Source: Candidatus Undinarchaeota archaeon (GTDB lineage: Archaea; SpSt-1190; JASMDC01). Taken from it: a stretch of DNA of 64,000 bases. A program made the position numbers and the translations under genes. The notes beneath the pieces are model-generated. The model made no database searches. It was given only the letters and a program-made list of their open reading frames with translations, and was not told where the DNA came from. The DNA lies in contig CAZFHY010000018.1 in NCBI GenBank assembly GCA_964519305.1, forward strand, positions 11,628 to 75,627, given 5' to 3'. Below are positions 28,110-40,793 of this stretch, piece after piece (the stretch's first letter is position 1; the number at the start of each line of letters is the position of its first letter).

Positions 28110-28274
28110 ATGCAGGGATCCTCCCACGGCTCGCCCCGCGTCTGTATCCGCGACGGCCAGCAGTACTACAAGCACGACTGCGAGATGAAGAGATGCCTCG
28201 ACATCGAGCGGTGCTGGCCTCCCGAGGACGGCTCTGAGAACCAGGGCGTCCAGCAGGGGATATTCCAGTTCTGA
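28110..28274 (+). CDS. 54-aa Cys4 protein with C-terminal PIP-box-like motif (absent from the ORF track)
   Basis: MQGSSHGSPRVCIRDGQQYYKHDCEMKRCLDIERCWPPEDGSENQGVQQGIFQF; strong GC3 bias; fills an intergenic gap. Confidence 0.65.
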   Translation: MQGSSHGSPRVCIRDGQQYYKHDCEMKRCLDIERCWPPEDGSENQGVQQGIFQF

Positions 28275-28281
28275 GCGGGAC

Positions 28282-29454
28282 CTAGCAGCTCTTCATCCGG
28301 CGGGCGCTCTCCTCCAGCGCGGCTATGCCAGGGAGCACCCTTCCTTCAAGGAAGGACATGGAAGCCCCTCCTCCCGTGGAGACATGGGTGACCTTGTCGG
28401 CGAAGCCCATGCCCTCGATGGCCGACGCAGAGTCCCCACCACCGATGATGCTCACTGCCTCGGAACCGGCGACCGCTCTGGCCACGGACCGGGTGCCGTT
28501 CGCGAACCGCTCCCACTCGAACCGGCCCATGGGCCCGTTCCACACCACGGTGCGGGCGTCAGCGATGATGGATTCGTACTGTTCCATGGTCCTGGGACCG
28601 ATGTCAAGCCCAATATCGGAATCGCCGATGTTGTCCACGTCGACGGCCTTTGCCGCTGCCTCGGGCTCCATATCGGCCGCCACGGTCGTGTCGACAGGTA
28701 TGGTTATCTTGGGATCCGTGAGCAGTTCTCGTGCCAGATCGAGCTTGTCCTCCTCAACGAGGGACCTGCCGGTGGCCTTTCCCTGGGCCCGGAGGAACGT
28801 GTACATCATGGCGCCGCCGATGAGCAGGCGGTCCACCTTACCGAGCAGGTTGCGGATCACTTCGATCTTGTCGGATACCTTGACACCGCCCATGATCGCG
28901 ACGAACGGACGCTCGGGTGCAGCGAGCGCGGCTCCCATGACGTCGAGCTCCTTCTGGACAAGGAGACCGGCTGCAGCGGGGAGCAGACGTGCTACGGCCT
29001 CCACCGACGCGTGCGCTCTGTGACAGGTGCCGAAAGCGTCGTTCACGTACACGTCACCGTACGAGGCCAGCTTGGCAGCGAAGGCTTCATCGTTGCCCTT
29101 CTCCTCGGCATGGAACCTGAGATTCTCCAGCACGACTATTCGGTCGTTGGGGATGTCCACATCGATACATTCGTCCAGCTTGGCCACGGACATGCCAAGG
29201 AGCTTGCCGAGCTGTGCGGCCACAGGGTCCATCCTGAGCGAGTCGACGACCTTTCCCTTGGGCTTACCAAGGTGACTGCACAGCACGACCTGCTTCGCAT
29301 CACGTTCCAGGATGGTGCGGATGGTGGGCAGGGCAGCGCGGATGCGCTTGTCGTTGGACACCTCACCGTCGTCGGTGAGGGGGACATTGAAGTCGACGCG
29401 TACGAGCACACGCTTGTTCGCAAGGTCGAGGTCATCGAGGGTTAGGAACTCCAT
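28282..29454 (-). CDS. pgk: Phosphoglycerate kinase
   Basis: RVDFNVP, LENLRF, NDAFGTCHR, WNGPMG, STGGGA. Confidence 0.97.
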   Translation of the reverse strand: MEFLTLDDLDLANKRVLVRVDFNVPLTDDGEVSNDKRIRAALPTIRTILERDAKQVVLCSHLGKPKGKVVDSLRMDPVAAQLGKLLGMSVAKLDECIDVDIPNDRIVVLENLRFHAEEKGNDEAFAAKLASYGDVYVNDAFGTCHRAHASVEAVARLLPAAAGLLVQKELDVMGAALAAPERPFVAIMGGVKVSDKIEVIRNLLGKVDRLLIGGAMMYTFLRAQGKATGRSLVEEDKLDLARELLTDPKITIPVDTTVAADMEPEAAAKAVDVDNIGDSDIGLDIGPRTMEQYESIIADARTVVWNGPMGRFEWERFANGTRSVARAVAGSEAVSIIGGGDSASAIEGMGFADKVTHVSTGGGASMSFLEGRVLPGIAALEESARRMKSC

Positions 29455-29584
29455 GGCCGATCGGTTGGCACGAGCAGGTTCGCGTTTAAAACCCTTTCCC
29501 TGGTGCGCGAGAGTGCCTGATGAAGGGTCGGGCCCGCGATTTCAGCAATGTTTATATACCGGCGACCCGGCCGAACGGTGCAGG

Positions 29585-30118
29585 ATGGACGGGGAAGCGT
29601 TGTATCGGGAAGACATTGAGCTGGCGCTAGATAGCTACATGGACATCTACCATGAACGGGACCCGGCACCTCTTGAGCACAGGGACCTCGAGGACCACAT
29701 CGTGTCCTACATCGAGCAATCGTATCATGAGCTAGCTGACAAGGAGGACGTGACCCTGAAGGTCTACCTGCCCGGTGTCGAGCGGGACGAGTCGATCGAG
29801 GGCACTATCACCGAGTCGATCCATAACTACTTCGAGTTCACTGAGCGGGAGGCGCGCAAGGAACTGCGCCACCATTACCTCAAATCCGCCGGATTGGCCG
29901 TAATGGGTGCAGGCCTCATTGCCGGGAGCGCTTTCGTACCAGTACTGGCCGGATTGGGCATCGGTGCATCGATCACTGCCGAGATCATCGGCGTAGGTGG
30001 CTGGGTGGGGGAGTGGAACGCTATCTCCAACATCCTGTTCGAGAGTGGGGATAAACGTGATACTGTGGCTATGTATGACCGTCTATCCGACGCTAAGGTC
30101 GAGTTCCTGTACGACTAG
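29585..30118 (+). CDS. Hypothetical membrane protein (DPAP..RDL motif, two C-terminal TM segments)
   Basis: ATG at 29585 after TTTATATA; acidic N-terminal domain, then GWVGEW. Confidence 0.7.
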   Translation: MDGEALYREDIELALDSYMDIYHERDPAPLEHRDLEDHIVSYIEQSYHELADKEDVTLKVYLPGVERDESIEGTITESIHNYFEFTEREARKELRHHYLKSAGLAVMGAGLIAGSAFVPVLAGLGIGASITAEIIGVGGWVGEWNAISNILFESGDKRDTVAMYDRLSDAKVEFLYD

Positions 30119-30423
30119 CCGTCCAGTTTCCTCGACCACTCATCGAGCTTCTCGCTGAGCACTTCTGAACTCTCGATGATCTTGTCCTGTGTGAGCTCGA
30201 AGTCGAATATCAGTGACTCGATACCCAGGATCGTCACTGCCAGGAGGGTCATGCAGAACACCATCGTGATGATGCCCCGGTTCACCTTCAGGACCGACAT
30301 GAACTCATCCTGCACTAATGAACCCATGGGTACGTAGACTGCACAGATGAGGAAGGCAAGAACCAGGATGCCACTGACCGTCACGGCATATACACCTGAG
30401 ATACGCTGTTTGCTCTTTACCAT
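30115..30423 (-). CDS. Two-TM hypothetical protein
   Basis: Two hydrophobic helices and a C-terminal charged helix; start uncertain (30423 or 30438). Confidence 0.6.
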   Translation of the reverse strand: MVKSKQRISGVYAVTVSGILVLAFLICAVYVPMGSLVQDEFMSVLKVNRGIITMVFCMTLLAVTILGIESLIFDFELTQDKIIESSEVLSEKLDEWSRKLDG

Positions 30424-30579
30424 TGCCACCACTTGCATATCTCTTAGACCCTCAACCTTTATATGACTCATAGTTACGAACGACCGCCCCACGGTCTAGG
30501 AAAGGTTTTTATCCCTGCATGACCCTTCCCATAGTAACGGCCATGGCCACCTCGCACGGCCGGGTCAGGGGGCATAGTT

Positions 30580-33500
30580 CTGGATTCGAACGGATCCGAT
30601 GGGAGAGGTCGGCTCATCCGTGAGCTCGGCGACCTTCGCAGACTCATCACCGAACTCGAGGAGGAGGAACTGCGTCGGACGACCACCGAGCGGGAGCTGG
30701 CCGCTAGCGAGAAACGGTACCGTTCCATCTTCGAGCTATCCCCCGAGACGATAGTAATGCTCGACCGGACTGGGAAAGTGCTCGACATCAACGAGCGTGT
30801 ACAGCACCTGCTAGGGTATGCACCAGAAGAGGTAATCGGCAAGCGTCTCATCGCTCTCCCCTTCCTCACGAGGGAGAGCAAGCTCAAGGCCACCGCCCGG
30901 TTCGCTAAACGCATGAGCGGAAGGGAGGTCGGGCCTTACGAGCTCGAGTTCTTGACCAAGGACGGAAATCATGTCACAGGTCGCGTACAGGCGACACCCA
31001 TCAAGGACGAGGAGGGAAGGATAACCGGTGACCTTGTGATGGTGTCCGATATCACGGCACGCAAGGACGCGGAGGAGCGCCGGTTGTATGACCGACGGTT
31101 GTACAAAGGTATCGCCGACAACACGCGGGACGGACTGGTGGTCATCATCGGTGGGAAGATCAGCTACGTCAACGACCGCGTCAAGCAGATACTCGGATAC
31201 TCGAAGAGCGAACTGGAGGGCATGAACGGCCTGGACATCGCGCCTCCGGAGGAGCACGACCGCATGAAGGAATTCATGGGACGAGTGCTGCGAAAGGGAG
31301 CGCCCCCGGAGATGCTCGCGTTCTGGGCCGTGTGCAAGAACGGTGCACGACGTTATGTCCAGTACCGGTATTCCTCACTTCACCTTGGTGAGGGTGAGGA
31401 CGGTTACCTCGTCGTTATCACGGACATCACCGAGCGCAAGCGTGCCGAGGATGAATTGGCGAAGAGCGAGGACCGGTTCAGCACCATATTCCATACAGCC
31501 CCTGTGTCTCTTTGGGAGGAGGACCTGAGCGAGGTCAAGGAAGCTGTCGATCGTGTCAAGGCATCGGGTGTGACGGATTTCCGCAGATATCTGGAGGGAC
31601 ATCCCGAGTTCATCCAGAAGGCCGCTGGGATGGTCAAGGTCGTCGACGTCAACGAGGCGACCCTCCGGATGTACGGTGCCAGAACGAAAGAGGAGCTTCT
31701 TGGTTCCCTGAACAAGGTGTTCACGCCCGAGTCGTTCGATGTATTCCGTGAGGAGCTCATAGCCATCGAGGGGGGGAAGACGTACTTCGAGGCCGAGGCG
31801 GTCAACAAGACCCTCCAGGGTAAGCGGATGGATATCATGATAACACTATCAATCCCATCGGGGACGACCGGATTCAATAGCCTGATCGTGGGCATCATCG
31901 ACATCACAGCCCGCAAACACATGGAGCAGGAGCTCAAGGGGAGCCGTGCCCTATACAAGACCGTAACGGAGAGCACCAAGGACGGCCTGGTCCTCATCCG
32001 CGAGGGACATATGGTGTACGCCAACGACCAGGTCTGCGATATCCTAGGGTATTCACACGAGGAGCTCATGGGGCTCTCGGGCCTGGACATAGCGGTACCT
32101 GAGGAGCGGCCACGATTGATGGGATTCATGAAACGGATCCTCAGGGAGGGCGAACCGCCCGGGGAACTGGAGTTCTGGATCGTTAGGAAGGACGGTGAAC
32201 GGCGTTGCATCCAGTACCGGTATTCACCTGTCGCTCCCGACGAGCAGGGAGCGGGATACCTCGTGCTCGTCACCGATGTCACAACGAGAAAGCATGCCGA
32301 GGATGAGCTCAACAGCTGGCTGTTGCTCGAGAAGGTCATCGCTGACATCTCATCCCGCTTCGTCGGCGTGTACGATATCGATGAGGCCATCAACGATACC
32401 CTCGAGGACATGGGGACCATGAGCGGCGCGGGTCGTGCCTACATGTTCCTTATCAGCGAGGACGGTACGACCATGGACAACACCCATGAATGGTGTGCTG
32501 AGGGCATCGCCTCGAGGAAGGTCGATCTCAAGGGCGTGCCTTCCTCTACCTTCCCATGGATCATGGGAACCCTCCGCCATGGCGAGGCCGTGCACATCCC
32601 CGACGTGGCGAGATTGCCTCCGAAAGCGAAGGGGGAGATGCGTGCCCTCGAGGAACAGGGTGTGAGGTCCCTCCTAGCGCTGCCCCTGATGGTCCACGGA
32701 AAGCTCGCGGGCTCCCTTGGACTGGATAATCTCGATGAGGGGGGTGAGTGGCACGAGGATATCCTTACTCTACTGAAAAGGACCTCGCGTGTCATCAGCA
32801 ACGCCCTAGAGCGCCGTAATGCCGAGGAAGCGATCGTCATGAGCGAGCGGAAGTACCGCACTCTGGTCGAGACGCTACCTCAGCGAGTATTCCATAAAGA
32901 CCTGGACTCGGTCTACATCTCGTGCAACGAGAGCTATGCCCGTGACATCGGTTTGTCTCCCGACGAGATCGCAGGGAAGACCGATTATGAGTTCTACCCG
33001 AAGACCTTGGCGGAGAAGTACAGGGCTGACGATAGACGCATCATGAAGAACGGGCGGATCGAGGAGCTCGAGGAGCGTTACATCAAGCACGGAAAGGAGA
33101 TATGGGTGCGCACTGTCAAGGTCCCTGTCAAGGACGAGGACGGGAACGTCATCGGTGTGATGGGGGTGTTCTCGGACATTACCGACGAGAAGCGGGCCCG
33201 GGACGAACTACGAAGGGAGCACGAGCTTCTTTCCATTGTCGCTGAGACGACACCGGCCGCGATCGTGGTCGTCGACCGTAAGGGCCGCATAACGTTCGCC
33301 AATCCACGGGCCGAGGATGTCCTGGGCCTGAAGAAGGACGAGATCACCCAGCTGACCTACAATGCACCTGATTGGAAGATAACAGCGATCGACGGCACAC
33401 CGCTCCCCGAGGAACAGCTCCCGTTCAGAGTGGTCCGCGACTCTAAAAGACCTCAATCGGGGATACTCCTTGCCATCGAGTGGCCCGGGGGCGAGCGCGT

Positions 33501-33666
33501 TGGTATCTCGGCGGACGGCGCACCGGTCATGGACGCATCGGGCGAGGTCGATGCAGTGGTGTTCGCCTTGAAGAACGTACCCCTCAAGCGACCGAGGTCG
33601 CGTAGAAAAAAGCATGTGGGCAAGAGCGATCCCGGGAAACAGAAAGGCCCTACGAGGTCCCGCTGA
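30580..33666 (+). CDS. Cytoplasmic multi-PAS/GAF sensor protein with no output domain; probable non-AUG start
   Basis: Repeated D-I/V-T-x-R-K PAS-PAC ends, GAF (NTHEWC..), two further PAS domains; the first PAS begins upstream of the first ATG (30757) and there is an in-frame stop at 30535. Confidence 0.85.
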   Translation: MDSNGSDGRGRLIRELGDLRRLITELEEEELRRTTTERELAASEKRYRSIFELSPETIVMLDRTGKVLDINERVQHLLGYAPEEVIGKRLIALPFLTRESKLKATARFAKRMSGREVGPYELEFLTKDGNHVTGRVQATPIKDEEGRITGDLVMVSDITARKDAEERRLYDRRLYKGIADNTRDGLVVIIGGKISYVNDRVKQILGYSKSELEGMNGLDIAPPEEHDRMKEFMGRVLRKGAPPEMLAFWAVCKNGARRYVQYRYSSLHLGEGEDGYLVVITDITERKRAEDELAKSEDRFSTIFHTAPVSLWEEDLSEVKEAVDRVKASGVTDFRRYLEGHPEFIQKAAGMVKVVDVNEATLRMYGARTKEELLGSLNKVFTPESFDVFREELIAIEGGKTYFEAEAVNKTLQGKRMDIMITLSIPSGTTGFNSLIVGIIDITARKHMEQELKGSRALYKTVTESTKDGLVLIREGHMVYANDQVCDILGYSHEELMGLSGLDIAVPEERPRLMGFMKRILREGEPPGELEFWIVRKDGERRCIQYRYSPVAPDEQGAGYLVLVTDVTTRKHAEDELNSWLLLEKVIADISSRFVGVYDIDEAINDTLEDMGTMSGAGRAYMFLISEDGTTMDNTHEWCAEGIASRKVDLKGVPSSTFPWIMGTLRHGEAVHIPDVARLPPKAKGEMRALEEQGVRSLLALPLMVHGKLAGSLGLDNLDEGGEWHEDILTLLKRTSRVISNALERRNAEEAIVMSERKYRTLVETLPQRVFHKDLDSVYISCNESYARDIGLSPDEIAGKTDYEFYPKTLAEKYRADDRRIMKNGRIEELEERYIKHGKEIWVRTVKVPVKDEDGNVIGVMGVFSDITDEKRARDELRREHELLSIVAETTPAAIVVVDRKGRITFANPRAEDVLGLKKDEITQLTYNAPDWKITAIDGTPLPEEQLPFRVVRDSKRPQSGILLAIEWPGGERVGISADGAPVMDASGEVDAVVFALKNVPLKRPRSRRKKHVGKSDPGKQKGPTRSR

Positions 33667-33700
33667 CAGCTTTATTAAGCATGAAAGAGCATTTTGTGGT

Positions 33701-34018
33701 ATGGTCCTCAAGAAGCTCTCCCGCCTTCTCGCACCCGAGGTTTTCAACGAACTCGAATCGCTCCGCTCACACAATGAACAGCTAGTGGTCATTCAGCGGT
33801 ACAGTGACGTCGAGAAGACGAAGCTCCACGAAGAGAACCAGCTCCTTGCCCGGCGCCATGTAGAGACTAAACGGTTGCTAGCCGATATGATCGCAGGTTT
33901 CGAGGATATCTTCGAGCAACAGTTCATCTCGCAACGTGATGCCCTCCCGCCCGTCGAGCAGAACGAGTTCCCTGAGACGGCCGAGATCGAGAACGATGAC
34001 GAGGATTGGCGTATCTAG
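33701..34018 (+). CDS. Hypothetical coiled-coil protein with acidic tail
   Basis: ATG at 33701 after TTTATTAA; heptad-like region. Confidence 0.6.
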   Translation: MVLKKLSRLLAPEVFNELESLRSHNEQLVVIQRYSDVEKTKLHEENQLLARRHVETKRLLADMIAGFEDIFEQQFISQRDALPPVEQNEFPETAEIENDDEDWRI

Positions 34019-34063
34019 ACGGTTCGTGAACTCCTACCACAATCCTGGCGGAAAAAAATTCCT

Positions 34064-34852
34064 TTAGCCCGATTCTTCCTGAGGGGTCCAGAACTGGGCG
34101 TTCTCGGGCGTAGCTTGCTGTTCGCCACCTTGATAGGCCGTCTGGTCCGTGGCCGCCGGGACGAAGAAAGGACCGCCCGCAAATCCTTCCTGGGCGCCCG
34201 CTGCCGCGCCCTCGGTACCCCACGCGGCGGGTTGCTGCTGAGCTGCCGCCTCGTTCCCGGCCCATCCGGGTTCGGTAGGTGCGAACTGGAAACGCATGTC
34301 AGTGAGCTCATCCGATGAGCCGGATTTGTAGTACTGGGACATCAGCTCATCATCCTCTACCATCTCAGCGGCCTTACCCTTCTCGGGTTCGCCCTCCTGG
34401 ATGCTCTTCACCAGCATCCCGACACCTGCGAGGAACAGGAGCAAGGGGGCGATCATCACTACCTTGACCATCAATGACGGATTAGTGTAATAGTAGTAGG
34501 TGATCTTGCCGAAGAGGTTGAATCCCGGTGCAACCGAGTCATAGCATGTCTGCATGTTCGACTCGTTCTCTATCATGGACTTGCAGGTCTGCATCCCGAG
34601 ACGGGGAGTACTCTGGCCGATCACACCGGCGATGTTGGTTATGCAGGCGTCACGGAGCTCTGGATTGCGTACCTCGTCGCATGCGTCAAGCGCGCTCGGA
34701 GGGTACGACTTGACTGCGTCCTTGGAGACAGCTACGAAGCACGCGTCCCGCTCAGCAGCGTCCTTGATCGAAGCGCAACGGGACAGGTCATCGGCAGCGG
34801 CAGCCAAGAGAAGGACGAGAACTACTGTCAAAACTACCGTTTTGGATTTCAT
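34064..34852 (-). CDS. Surface protein with C-x2-I-x5-RD-x-C repeats, one TM segment and a low-complexity tail
   Basis: Signal peptide, three Cys-pair repeats, TM segment, Q/A/G/aromatic-rich tail. Confidence 0.78.
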   Translation of the reverse strand: MKSKTVVLTVVLVLLLAAAADDLSRCASIKDAAERDACFVAVSKDAVKSYPPSALDACDEVRNPELRDACITNIAGVIGQSTPRLGMQTCKSMIENESNMQTCYDSVAPGFNLFGKITYYYYTNPSLMVKVVMIAPLLLFLAGVGMLVKSIQEGEPEKGKAAEMVEDDELMSQYYKSGSSDELTDMRFQFAPTEPGWAGNEAAAQQQPAAWGTEGAAAGAQEGFAGGPFFVPAATDQTAYQGGEQQATPENAQFWTPQEESG

Positions 34853-34940
34853 GGTCCTTCCACAATCCCGGGGGGAATTTATTCTCTATTAATGTATAAT
34901 AGTCGTTCCTAGTATAAAAAGGTGCCCCGGGGGAATCCGC

Positions 34941-35591
34941 TCACTGCTGGTATTGGAAGCCTTCCATCTGTTGGGACGGATCAGTGATCTCGTCCGCCGC
35001 TCCGAAGGATATTTCGTTCCCGCCCAAGGACGAGCCGCCCTCGTACCAGAACTGCTGGAACTGGTCGCCTGTACCTCCGGGCGGAATGTACTCATCGTAC
35101 ATCATCTGGCGTTGCTCTTCGATCTCGGCCTCCTCGGAGGACTTCTTCATGGTGAACGCGATGTAGGCTACACCGAGGAGGAAGATCAGGAGCGGGATGG
35201 ACATCACGCCCATGATGATGATGCTTGGGTCGGACCAGTAGAGGAAGCGGATGCGGCCAGTCCCGGAAAAATAGGGCGAGATACCATCGAAGCACTCGGC
35301 CTTGTCCTGCTCGAGATTGTCGCAGATCTCCAACGCTCCAGTCTGGTTCACCGATACGATGTACTTGACGATGGCGATGTTGCACCTGTCACGGGTAAGC
35401 GTGCTCTCGATCATTGCACATGCCGGAGGAGCTTCCTTGGGGAGCGTCGAGGCTATGATGGGGGCGACTTGGTAGTAGCATTGGTCCCGTTCCTCGGGGG
35501 AGGACTGTTTCGGGCACTCTTCGATGAAACGGTAGGAGAGGGCAGGTATCATTAGAATGAGCAAGATGGCCACGATAATCCTTCTGCTCAT
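34941..35591 (-). CDS. Paralogous Cys-repeat surface protein
   Basis: Same architecture as the 34064 gene (ERDQC, TRDRC, DKAEC; G.I...Y..PS; PLL.FL.GV). Confidence 0.78.
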   Translation of the reverse strand: MSRRIIVAILLILMIPALSYRFIEECPKQSSPEERDQCYYQVAPIIASTLPKEAPPACAMIESTLTRDRCNIAIVKYIVSVNQTGALEICDNLEQDKAECFDGISPYFSGTGRIRFLYWSDPSIIIMGVMSIPLLIFLLGVAYIAFTMKKSSEEAEIEEQRQMMYDEYIPPGGTGDQFQQFWYEGGSSLGGNEISFGAADEITDPSQQMEGFQYQQ

Positions 35592-35639
35592 CCGTCTGAT
35601 ATGATGGCTAATCTTTATTAAGGCTAGGTCGAAGGCCGC

Positions 35640-38099
35640 TCACTCCGCGTCGTTAATGACACGTGCGATGGATACGACTGTGTTGTCCTCGCGTAGGTCG
35701 ATGACCCTTACACCGCGGGCCTGTCGTCCTTGCTTTGAGACCTTCCCTGCTTCGAGCTTGATCGTGACGCCCTCGGACGTGATGACCAGGAACTGCTCGT
35801 CCTCGGCGAGGAAGCGCATCCCGACGAGCGTGTCCGAGCGCCCGAGCTTGATCGCGATGATGCCCTTGCCGCCGCGATGCTGGTGACGCAGCTGACCGGG
35901 CGCTACACGCTTACCCTTGCCCTCCGTGGTGACGAAGAGCACATGGCGCTCCTTGTCGACAAGGCCCATTGCCACGACCTTGTCGCCACGGGTGAGCTTC
36001 ATGCCCCGGACCCCCTGCGATGCGCGGCCCTGGGCTCGGACCTCTGTCTCGGGGAAGCAGATCATCATGCCGTACTGGCTGGCGAGCACGACCTCCTGGT
36101 CGCCGTCGGTGAGGCGCACGTCCACGACGTCGTCGCCCTCTACCACATTGATGGCGCGCAGGCCCTGACGCTTGGAGCCGTACTCCTTGAGCTCCGTCTT
36201 CTTGATGCGGCCCTGGCGGGTTGCGAACACTAAGTGCATCCCCTCTTCATCGAAGTCCTTGACCCGTATCATGGCCGAGATGATCTCATTCTGGAGCTTG
36301 GGGATGACGTTAACGACGGACGTACCTTTGGCCTGACGGCCCAGTTCGGGGACCCGGTAGGCCTTCTCCAGGAACATCTGTCCGTTCTCAGTAAAGAACA
36401 CCAGGAAATCGTGGGTTGAGCATACCAGGCATTCGGTGACGTAGTCCTCATCTCTCGTGGTCAGCGAGCCTTTGCCCACGCCGCCGCGACCCTGGACCCG
36501 GAAGGCGTCCACCTTCTGACGCTTTATGTAGCCCTGGGAGGTGATGGTGACGACCACGTCCTCCTCGGGGATGAGCGACTCAATATCGACATCGTCGATC
36601 TCGCCGGGGACGATCTCGGTCCGACGCTCGTCGCCGTACTTCTCCTTGAGCTCTACGAGTTCATCCTTGATAATGGCCAGCCGCTTCTTCTCGTCGGCGA
36701 GGATGGCCTCCAGCTCCTTTATGCGCTTGCGCAGTGCCTTGGCCTCGTCCTCCACCTTCTGCCGCTCCATACCGGTCAGGCGTGAGAGCTGCATGGAGAG
36801 GATGGCATTGGCCTGGATCTCGGAGAGCTTGAAGCCCTTCATGAGGCCGCTGCGTGCGGTGTCGACGTCCTTGGCCTTCCGGATGAGCTCGATGACCTTG
36901 TCGAGGTTCTTGAGGGCGATGAGCAGTCCTTCGAGTATGTGGAGGCGCGCTTTGGCCTTCTTGAGCTCGAACTGGCACCGTCGCGTGACAACGTCGAGGC
37001 GGTGGTTGATGAAGTGGCGGATCATCGCCTTGAGAGGGAGCCGTTTGGGCTCGTTGTCCACGAGCGCCACCGTGTTGACACCGAAGGTGGTCTGCATGGC
37101 CGTGTGCTTGAACAGCTGGTTCTGGACCACGTCGAGCTGTGCGTCGCGGGAGAGCTCGATGACGACACGCATTCCGCTCCTGTCCGATTCGTCACGGATA
37201 TTCGAGATGCCGTTGATCTTCTTATGGTTGGCAAGCTCGGCCATCTTCTCTATGAGGTTGGCCTTGTTGACGTAGTAGGGGAGCTCGGTGATGATGATGG
37301 CATGGCGGCCCTTGCGGACCTCCTCTACCTGGGTGCGTGCCTTGACGATGATGCGCCCGCTGCCGTGCTCGTAGGCGTTGCGGATACCGGCCAGTCCCAT
37401 GATGATGCCGCCAGTGGGGAAGTCGGGACCCTTGACTATCTGCATGATCTCGTCCAGTTCGACTTCCGGCTTGTCGATCACCAGCACGCATGCGTCCAGG
37501 ATCTCGCGCAGGTTGTGCGGCGGGATGTTCGTGGCCATGCCCACGGCGATACCTGAGGAACCGTTGAGGAGGAGATTGGGAAGTATGGAGGGGAGCACGG
37601 TGGGCTCTTGGAGGCTGTCGTCGAAGTTGGGACGGAAGTCCACTGTCTCCTTGTCGATGTCCTTGAGCAGCTCGATGGCGAGCTTTGTGAGCCGAGCCTC
37701 AGTGTAACGCATGGCGGCGGCCCGGTCACCGTCGATGGAACCGAAGTTGCCGTGGCCGTCCACAAGGAGGTAGCGTAGGGAGAAGGGCTGGGCCATCCGG
37801 ACCATGGTGTCGTAGACCGCTGTGTCGCCGTGGGGGTGGTACTTACCCAGCACCTCGCCCACTACGCGGGCTGACTTCTTGTGGGCCTTGTTCGGAGTGA
37901 GCCCGAGCTCCATCATGGCGAAGAGAATGCGCCGGTGCACGGGCTTGAGCCCGTCCCGGACATCGGGCAGCGCCCTGCCGACGATCACGCTCATGGCATA
38001 GTCGATATAGGACTTCTGCATCTCGTCCTCGATCTCGATATTGAGGGTCTTTGCCGAGACCGGGGCCGGCTTCGTATCCTTGCTCTTCTTCTTTGCCAT
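35640..38099 (-). CDS. gyrA: DNA gyrase subunit A
   Basis: [29 protein letters not shown], GyrA-box QGRGGVG, beta-pinwheel repeats. Confidence 0.98.
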   Translation of the reverse strand: MAKKKSKDTKPAPVSAKTLNIEIEDEMQKSYIDYAMSVIVGRALPDVRDGLKPVHRRILFAMMELGLTPNKAHKKSARVVGEVLGKYHPHGDTAVYDTMVRMAQPFSLRYLLVDGHGNFGSIDGDRAAAMRYTEARLTKLAIELLKDIDKETVDFRPNFDDSLQEPTVLPSILPNLLLNGSSGIAVGMATNIPPHNLREILDACVLVIDKPEVELDEIMQIVKGPDFPTGGIIMGLAGIRNAYEHGSGRIIVKARTQVEEVRKGRHAIIITELPYYVNKANLIEKMAELANHKKINGISNIRDESDRSGMRVVIELSRDAQLDVVQNQLFKHTAMQTTFGVNTVALVDNEPKRLPLKAMIRHFINHRLDVVTRRCQFELKKAKARLHILEGLLIALKNLDKVIELIRKAKDVDTARSGLMKGFKLSEIQANAILSMQLSRLTGMERQKVEDEAKALRKRIKELEAILADEKKRLAIIKDELVELKEKYGDERRTEIVPGEIDDVDIESLIPEEDVVVTITSQGYIKRQKVDAFRVQGRGGVGKGSLTTRDEDYVTECLVCSTHDFLVFFTENGQMFLEKAYRVPELGRQAKGTSVVNVIPKLQNEIISAMIRVKDFDEEGMHLVFATRQGRIKKTELKEYGSKRQGLRAINVVEGDDVVDVRLTDGDQEVVLASQYGMMICFPETEVRAQGRASQGVRGMKLTRGDKVVAMGLVDKERHVLFVTTEGKGKRVAPGQLRHQHRGGKGIIAIKLGRSDTLVGMRFLAEDEQFLVITSEGVTIKLEAGKVSKQGRQARGVRVIDLREDNTVVSIARVINDAE

Positions 38100-38109
38100 G
38101 CTCGCTCCC

Positions 38110-40035
<1,926 letters not shown>

Positions 40036-40180
40036 CTAGCCGAAATTCGAGGGTTTACCCTGAGTGGCCAACTATTTTCGCAGAATATCGAGTCATTCTT
40101 CGCCGGTTACCGTAGAAGTGTGGTATGCAGTATCCAGGTGATCGCTGAGAGGGTGCTTTTAGGGCCCTGAGATGGGCATT

Positions 40181-40780
40181 TTATGCTCGAGTTCCGTCGT
40201 GAAGTCGGTCCAGATCATCGACCCCAAGAAGCTCCATCGCCGCTGCTGTGGCGGCTAGACGAGCAGTGGCCCGGGTGTGGCCTGCACCCACGACGACGAC
40301 GTCATCGTGGCCGGGCTTCCTTCCCTTCAGGATCGAACGGAGCGTCCGTCGGTTAAAGTGGATGCCCTCGGGCATGACCTGTCCGCGACCGGGCTCCGTG
40401 ACGAACACCGATGCACCACTACCGCCAGCTTCGATAGCGGCATCGTGCAGAGCGATAGTATCAAGAAGACGGTCCCGGGCACCGCGCACAACGATTAGGG
40501 CGTGACGCCCAGGTGCAGTGATACCGCTGGCATTGACGAGCACCGGCCCGTCGATGGCCGCACGCGTGACCGCATGACCCTTATCTGAGACCTCGTGGCC
40601 TGTTGATGAAGGGTGCGCGAGGCCTTTATCGACCAGTCGGGTTAGGAGCTTTCTCATATGCCCGCTCCCCAGCTCCATCTCATCGCCCAGACGTTTCCTC
40701 CCCGCGGCCTTGCGGGCCAGGAGGTGGAGCGCGAGATAGGCGTGGGCGGGGCAATCGTGGGGAGAGGGGCTCTTTACCAT
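40181..40780 (-). CDS. Winged-helix protein, DUF4443/DUF2111-like
   Basis: GRKRL..EMELGSG..RKLL wHTH; C-terminal DAAIEAGGSGA. Confidence 0.6.
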   Translation of the reverse strand: MVKSPSPHDCPAHAYLALHLLARKAAGRKRLGDEMELGSGHMRKLLTRLVDKGLAHPSSTGHEVSDKGHAVTRAAIDGPVLVNASGITAPGRHALIVVRGARDRLLDTIALHDAAIEAGGSGASVFVTEPGRGQVMPEGIHFNRRTLRSILKGRKPGHDDVVVVGAGHTRATARLAATAAAMELLGVDDLDRLHDGTRA

Positions 40781-40793
40781 CTTGCAGAGCTCC

